From UHGV virus genome UHGV-0870948: DNA of 43,859 nucleotides; one strand, written 5' to 3'. The stretch comes from a virus. Shown in pieces: positions 39,101 to 43,859 of the stretch (position 1 is its first letter; each line of letters starts with the position of its first letter). The translations under genes and the position numbers were made by a program. Under the pieces are notes generated by a model. That model was not told where the DNA came from. It made no database searches and saw nothing but the letters and a program-made list of their open reading frames with translations.

Positions 39101-39741
39101 ATAACCGTTTTTACATGATGTGCTTGCGTGAAACTGTGGGTAATAACGCCTCATTCCATTGCCATAACGGCAATGGTTACAGTTCTGATATCGATCGCGC
39201 TCATGTTTACACGCTGGAAGAAGCCCAAAAAGCCTGGAATTGTGGACGAGATATCGATCAGCCTGTTTGCGCTGATAGCGTGGATGCAATGGCAGTGTGG
39301 CACGTTGATTGCCAGTACATCCCTACAGAAAACCTGATTGAGCCAGATTGCACTGCGTATGTAGCCTACAAAAAAGGTAGCTGGAACGGCAACGACGTCT
39401 ACTGGCTTCAACATGGTGGGCTACCAACCGATGACTTCAGTCAAGCAACCATCTTTAGCGTCGCTAACAAAAACGAGCCAGGAATAGTTTGGTTGCCATT
39501 TTCCATTGCTGATGCAGCAAAGCGCCGGACGTTCAATATCAATAACTTTAACCGCAGAACAATGGTTCAGGGCGCAGGTTTGGTCATGCCTGACTGGTTG
39601 AAAAAGCAAAACAGAAGAAAGAAGTCGCGAAGCGGGAAAGTGCGCTGGAATTGTCCGCATTGCGGAAAAATAACCTGGCAGTACAGCCCATATGATTTTG
39701 AAGGCTGTAGTGATTACAACTGTGAAGGATGGCGAGAATGA
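39097..39741 (+). CDS. Hypothetical protein with C-terminal Cys cluster
   Basis: 214 aa; C-terminus CPHCG...CSDYNC suggests a zinc ribbon. Confidence 0.45.
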   Translation: MNNRFYMMCLRETVGNNASFHCHNGNGYSSDIDRAHVYTLEEAQKAWNCGRDIDQPVCADSVDAMAVWHVDCQYIPTENLIEPDCTAYVAYKKGSWNGNDVYWLQHGGLPTDDFSQATIFSVANKNEPGIVWLPFSIADAAKRRTFNINNFNRRTMVQGAGLVMPDWLKKQNRRKKSRSGKVRWNCPHCGKITWQYSPYDFEGCSDYNCEGWRE

Positions 39742-40538
39742 CAATTGACTATCAGGCACTGCGTGAAAAAGCAGAGAAAGCAACTAAAGGAAGCTACATC
39801 GTAGGGAATACATCTGTTAACCAGCACGGCAATTTAACAGGAGTTTTTGTTTGTCAAAAATGGAAAGGAGAACCCGGTGGCGTGATTGCAGAATGTCACG
39901 TTAACTGCCTGGTTGAAACAGATGCTCAGGCTTACGCAAACGCTGAATTCATAGCAGAGGTTAACCCAGCTACCATGCTGGCACTGCTGGATGAACGGGA
40001 AGCCCAAAACAAGTGTATCGCAGAACTGGAAAAAATCGCCACTGACTATGCACTGAAATTTCAGAAAGCCCAGGACGCATTAAAGCACGTTGTTTTGATG
40101 CGCAAATCAGAGCAGGAAGCCGCAGAGAACAACCTTATTGATAGTGAATGCCATGTTGCTGAACTGGAAGAAGCGCTACGCGATAAGCAGGCGTTACTTG
40201 AAGCCTCAGAAAAGCGCAACGCGAAATTACAAAGCGAGAATGCATACATCCGCAACCGGTTCAAAGAACTGGACCTATTAATCGGGAAAAACATTCTGGT
40301 CATGCAGGCTGCCATTATCGAATGGCAGGCAACTGGCGACGCTAAGAGCGGACTGGCATGGATTTATAACACACTGTTTGGCCCTGGCGAATTGCCGGAC
40401 GAATCTGAGAAAGATGCTCAGGCCTACTTTAATCGCAAATATGCACCGATTGACGAAAAGCTTATGGCGCTTCACAAGTGGTTTTGGGAACAAAGTGAAG
40501 CCGAGCGCGTCGCTGGCATTTGCATCAAAGGAGAGTGA
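39729..40538 (+). CDS. Ea22-like coiled-coil protein
   Basis: 269 aa with long central coiled coil; typical of lambdoid early-left regions. Confidence 0.5.
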   Translation: MARMTIDYQALREKAEKATKGSYIVGNTSVNQHGNLTGVFVCQKWKGEPGGVIAECHVNCLVETDAQAYANAEFIAEVNPATMLALLDEREAQNKCIAELEKIATDYALKFQKAQDALKHVVLMRKSEQEAAENNLIDSECHVAELEEALRDKQALLEASEKRNAKLQSENAYIRNRFKELDLLIGKNILVMQAAIIEWQATGDAKSGLAWIYNTLFGPGELPDESEKDAQAYFNRKYAPIDEKLMALHKWFWEQSEAERVAGICIKGE

Positions 40539-40539
40539 G

Positions 40540-40920
40540 ATGAGCGCTATAACCAAAGAACGTATCAAATTATTCATTAAAAATCCGCTTGATAACGGAC
40601 TTACTCGTGGCGAACAAATGGAACTGGCACGAATTGCACTGACATCGCTGGAAGCAGAGCCGGTGGCATGGACTGATGAAGAGGAACTGCGCGATGTCAA
40701 GCAGTATGGTTTCGGTGAGATATTTCAGTGCCCGCCAGATAAATACGCGGACTCGCGTCGTGTAATCCCGCTGTATCGCGAGCTGCCAGCGCAGGTAGTC
40801 CCGGAGGAAATCAGCATGTCCTCATCACTGCCTCTCATGAGTGATCAGTTGATGGCGTTGGGGTATGTGAAGGGCTGGAACGCCTGCCGTGCCGCTATGC
40901 TTCAGGGGAAAGGAGAGTGA
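40540..40920 (+). CDS. Hypothetical early protein (shares N-terminal motif with the DUF551-like gene)
   Basis: 126 aa from ATG with AAGGAGAG RBS; contains ELARIALTSLEAEPVAWT. Confidence 0.45.
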   Translation: MSAITKERIKLFIKNPLDNGLTRGEQMELARIALTSLEAEPVAWTDEEELRDVKQYGFGEIFQCPPDKYADSRRVIPLYRELPAQVVPEEISMSSSLPLMSDQLMALGYVKGWNACRAAMLQGKGE

Positions 40921-40921
40921 T

Positions 40922-41119
40922 ATGGACAAAAACACACCTGCTTACTGGAGTTTATCACTTGATACTGAATGCCCAAAATGCGGCCACAATTTCGATCTGC
41001 TTTGCGATGCTGATTTCTGGGAATTTTCTGGAGCAAAACAGGCATGTGAAGAAATAAAAGGTTACGAAACATGCTGTCCAGAATGTAACCATGAATTTAA
41101 AACAGATTTCGTGTATTGA
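40922..41119 (+). CDS. Small zinc-ribbon protein
   Basis: 65 aa; CPKCGH...CCPECNH. Confidence 0.45.
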   Translation: MDKNTPAYWSLSLDTECPKCGHNFDLLCDADFWEFSGAKQACEEIKGYETCCPECNHEFKTDFVY

Positions 41120-41129
41120 GGCATAACAA

Positions 41130-41660
41130 ATGACCACTATTACCAGAGAACAAGCTCTGAAAATTATTGAGGCAGCCGATGAGGTTATTAGTGCGCTTGC
41201 CGGAACTCACGAGGATGTTCACCCTGGTAGCGATAACATGCTACGCCTGTGGGATGACCTGAATGACCGTTACGCGCCGCCGGAAGTTGTGCGTGAGCTG
41301 GCACGGATTGCGCTGGCATCGCTGGAAGCAGAGCCTGTAAGCCAAACTTACAAGTTGAACGAGCTGTCGGGCAACTCTCAGGTAACTCCGGATGGTTGGA
41401 TAAGCTGTAGTGAGCGAATGCCTATAATCGGCGAGCTAAATTGGAGAACTGGTTTTCCTTTGCTGATTACGTGTGAGATCGGCGTTATACCAGCTTATTA
41501 CGGCTTTGTGAGCGTTAATGGGAATAAGCATTATGGTTTTATGGAGAGTCTTAAATACGGAGACGATAACGGCAACCATCCTCAAACTAATGAATATGGT
41601 CTGATTAGCAATGTCACACACTGGATGCCGCTACCGGAACCGCCGCAGGAGGTGAAGTGA
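41130..41660 (+). CDS. DUF551-like phage protein
   Basis: 176 aa; C-terminal ...HWMPLPEPP; N-terminal ELARIALASLEAEPV motif. Confidence 0.5.
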   Translation: MTTITREQALKIIEAADEVISALAGTHEDVHPGSDNMLRLWDDLNDRYAPPEVVRELARIALASLEAEPVSQTYKLNELSGNSQVTPDGWISCSERMPIIGELNWRTGFPLLITCEIGVIPAYYGFVSVNGNKHYGFMESLKYGDDNGNHPQTNEYGLISNVTHWMPLPEPPQEVK

Positions 41661-41938
41661 TGGACTCCTTCGCGAAATATACGATTATTGACTGGATAGC
41701 ATTCCTTCAGGTTTTGCTCATCTGGTTTTATATGGCTTACAGGAGTGGACAGTGGATTGTCAGTGTAGCCTGTAGCAAGGGATGGCGTTGGTGGAACCGG
41801 AAGAACAAAAAAGCACTGGCATTGGATTCGTTTTACGAAGCATTCAATCTTAACAGCCTTCAGCCTGGTTCTGTCATTGTAGCCACCACTCAAAGCGGCA
41901 TGACCATTCAGATTCATAAACCAAAAGAGGAAAAATGA
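41657..41938 (+). CDS. Hypothetical protein with N-terminal hydrophobic segment
   Basis: 93-aa ORF coupled to the upstream gene. Confidence 0.35.
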   Translation: MMDSFAKYTIIDWIAFLQVLLIWFYMAYRSGQWIVSVACSKGWRWWNRKNKKALALDSFYEAFNLNSLQPGSVIVATTQSGMTIQIHKPKEEK

Positions 41939-42255
41939 TGTGGCCTATATGTGTTAATTGCGGACGGATGTGCCTATCTGGATGGTGCCGAAAGTGCGAC
42001 AAATGCACGAAGAAAAGACAATAACAATCCTCGAACTCGCGGGGATTTCTTTTATCTGAACTCGCTACAGCGAGTTTTGTTTTATGGAGATGATAAATGC
42101 ACTTCCGAGTCACAGGTGAATGGAATGGATAACCATTCAACAGAGTTATCGAAGCAGAGGACATCAACGACTGCTATGCCCACTGGATGCTGTGGGCGCA
42201 GATAGCACATGCAGACGTAACCAACATTCGAATTGAAGAACTGAAAGAACACCAA

Positions 42256-42279
42256 GCCGCCTGATGGCGGTTTCTTTTT
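42256..42279 (+). terminator. Rho-independent terminator ending the early-left operon
   Basis: GCCGCC-TGAT-GGCGGT followed by TTCTTTTTG. Confidence 0.6.
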
Positions 42280-42294
42280 GCCTGGAGAATTAAG

Positions 42295-42486
42295 ATGACC
42301 GATACCAGCCTGATTCCTGAGAAAGAAGTGATGAACAAGCTCGGTGTTTCATCACGTCAGACAATCTGGAACTATACCAAACGGCACGGATTTCCGAAGC
42401 CAGTCAGAACCCACCCCAAATCATACCTTCGTGAAGCTGTTGAGGGGTGGATTCTTAACGGTGGCGTTAATCAGAAATGCTCCTGA
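42295..42486 (+). CDS. xis: AlpA/Xis-family excisionase-like DNA-binding protein
   Basis: 63 aa, ...EVMNKLGVSSRQTIWNYTKRHGFPKPVRTHPKSYLREAVEGWI; convergent with and overlapping the int 3' end. Confidence 0.6.
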   Translation: MTDTSLIPEKEVMNKLGVSSRQTIWNYTKRHGFPKPVRTHPKSYLREAVEGWILNGGVNQKCS

Positions 42487-43645
42487 TGTGCCAGAACAAT
42501 TTATCAGCGTGAAGCTCATACGCTTTGCGCTGAGCCTCTATCCAATCGTGTTTATTGTATACTGACATTATCCCGCCAAGTTCATGACCGAGCATTCGCT
42601 CAGTAACATGAGGCTCGACATTCATCTCGGACAGACGTGTAACAAGCGTTCTTCTGAAATCATGTGTTCGCCAGTAACCTAGGTCCACCCCTCCCCTTAT
42701 TCGATTTACGAATCGGTTGGCTGCAGCGATGCTGATCGGTTTGTTTATGTCTTCTCCAGGGAAAAGAACATCATTGTACGTTGTCATGGCCTTTTCGAGG
42801 AAAGGCTTAATTTGTTCGAAGATTGGACGGCGGATAACATTACCCATCTTGCTATGCTCTTTCGGTACGGTCCATACGTTGTCCAGCAGGTCAAACTCTG
42901 TCTTTGTTGCCAGCCTAAGCTCTGAGAGCCTCGCCCCCCACAGCATAAGCATCTGATGAAGTAGCTTATTTGACGTAGACGCACGGCTTCTTTCAATAGC
43001 AAGCCAAATCTTAGCCAGTTCGTGATACGACAGTACCCGATCCCCTACCTCAGCGCGGGAGCCGAAGTCCCTTGGTTGGATGCTCATAATTGCGCAACTA
43101 TCTATCAACTGACGCCGCATGCACCAACTTATTGCTGATCTTAGTTGACTTAGCACCTGTCTTGCTCGGCGTGGATTATCTCTTTCTTCTTCGGTAAGCA
43201 GGTCAACCCATTGCTTAACCGTGATAGAAGATGCCGGACGATTAGGAAAGGCGTCATGCATGCGCTTCATAACCGTTGATCGGTAAAGTGCCTGGGTCTT
43301 TTCTCTGAGAGTTGTAGAGACGTAGTTGTCGAACCAGTAGTCGAGACACTGGGCGACCGTCATGGAGTTCTCCACCTTCTCTTCAAAATAAGTGCGTGGA
43401 TCCGTTCCTGAGAAATAGAGCTTTCGCAAGTCAGCAGTGATCTGTCTGGCATCCTTCAAAGACAGGGATGGGTATCGACCAAGCCCAAGTCGATTAGGCT
43501 TGCCATGCCAGCGATAGCGGTACTGGAACTGGATGACCCCCTTCGGTGAAATTCGTACGCTGAGGCCATCGGCATCAGCCACTTCTTGTGGGCCCGAATA
43601 TGGTTTACCATAAATAGTACGCAGTTTTGTGTCGCTTATAGCCAT
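42467..43645 (-). CDS. int: Tyrosine-type site-specific integrase
   Basis: 392 aa; C-terminal catalytic region with HDFRRT and LGH...SVYNKHDW (R...H-x-x-R...Y pattern). Confidence 0.9.
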   Translation of the reverse strand: MAISDTKLRTIYGKPYSGPQEVADADGLSVRISPKGVIQFQYRYRWHGKPNRLGLGRYPSLSLKDARQITADLRKLYFSGTDPRTYFEEKVENSMTVAQCLDYWFDNYVSTTLREKTQALYRSTVMKRMHDAFPNRPASSITVKQWVDLLTEEERDNPRRARQVLSQLRSAISWCMRRQLIDSCAIMSIQPRDFGSRAEVGDRVLSYHELAKIWLAIERSRASTSNKLLHQMLMLWGARLSELRLATKTEFDLLDNVWTVPKEHSKMGNVIRRPIFEQIKPFLEKAMTTYNDVLFPGEDINKPISIAAANRFVNRIRGGVDLGYWRTHDFRRTLVTRLSEMNVEPHVTERMLGHELGGIMSVYNKHDWIEAQRKAYELHADKLFWHIRSISD

Positions 43646-43653
43646 AAATAATA

Positions 43654-43700
43654 TTTGGTACGCTCAAAAATAATGGTTTGGTACACATCTGGTACACAAT
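43654..43700 (+). repeat. Three direct copies of the TGGTACRC arm-type motif immediately upstream of int
   Basis: TTTGGTACGCTC, TTTGGTACACAT, CTGGTACACAAT; same motif and orientation as 68-91. Confidence 0.45.
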
Positions 43701-43859
43701 ATCACATGGACAACAGCGCACAGTAAACAACTATATTTGACGTTCGTAGACATACTCAGGTGAAAAAATGGTTGTTTTTCGAGTTATAACAGACAGTTAA
43801 TTAACTACAGTGGACAATGCTAGACAATGACAGACACAGATAAACAACCTACCTTCCTC

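Noticed and set aside
41951-42250. 84-aa ORF 41951..42205 and an alternative frame encoding ...RVIEAEDINDCYAHWMLWAQIAHADVTNIRIEELKEHQAA
   Set aside because: Neither frame has a convincing start or RBS; the alternative frame is interrupted by a TAA after MHFRVTGEWNG. It may be a decayed gene, but the evidence is too weak to call.
1-43859. CRISPR arrays or large integrative conjugative element features
   Set aside because: No regularly spaced short direct repeats with unique spacers were seen; the only repeat families are the ori iterons, the operators, the arm-type sites and the IS duplication.

Overview
The window is almost entirely one lambdoid (lambda-mosaic) enterobacterial prophage, running from its tail-fibre end (left) to its integrase end (right). 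All calls below are from reading the sequence and ORF track and from remembered protein families; no database search was run.

Layout:
- Minus strand, 31.2-0.3 kb: DnaB-like helicase and O-like initiator with ori iterons, the nin region (ninB to ninI), a Q-like antiterminator, two tRNA genes, a lambda-type S/R/Rz/Rz1 lysis cassette, Rha, terminase small and large subunits, portal, head genes, a contractile-tail module (sheath, tube, tape measure, baseplate) and tail fibre plus Tfa.
- 33.5-36.0 kb: immunity region with cII, nutR, cro, OR operators, cI, a membrane protein in the rexAB position, OL/PL, nutL and N.
- Plus strand, 36-42.3 kb: early-left accessory genes, including a Sak4-like ATPase with an SSB-like partner, an Ea22-like protein and DUF551-like proteins.
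- 42.3-43.6 kb: AlpA/Xis-like gene and a tyrosine integrase, with arm-type repeats at both window ends.

Most notable observations:
1. A three-gene insertion (7348-8940) sits inside the baseplate operon between the hub-like and spike genes. It comprises a secreted protein and an overlapping pair: a 257-aa unknown protein and a 131-aa HEPN-like protein, with its own terminator. This is the best candidate for an uncharacterised toxin/defence module.
2. An IS66-family element (4597-7137) with a perfect 8-bp target-site duplication splits the baseplate spike gene, so the prophage is probably tail-defective.
3. Single-base homopolymer frame disruptions affect the cI N-terminus and the ninI/Q junction; these may be real or sequencing errors.
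4. A small membrane protein sits in the rexAB position downstream of cI.
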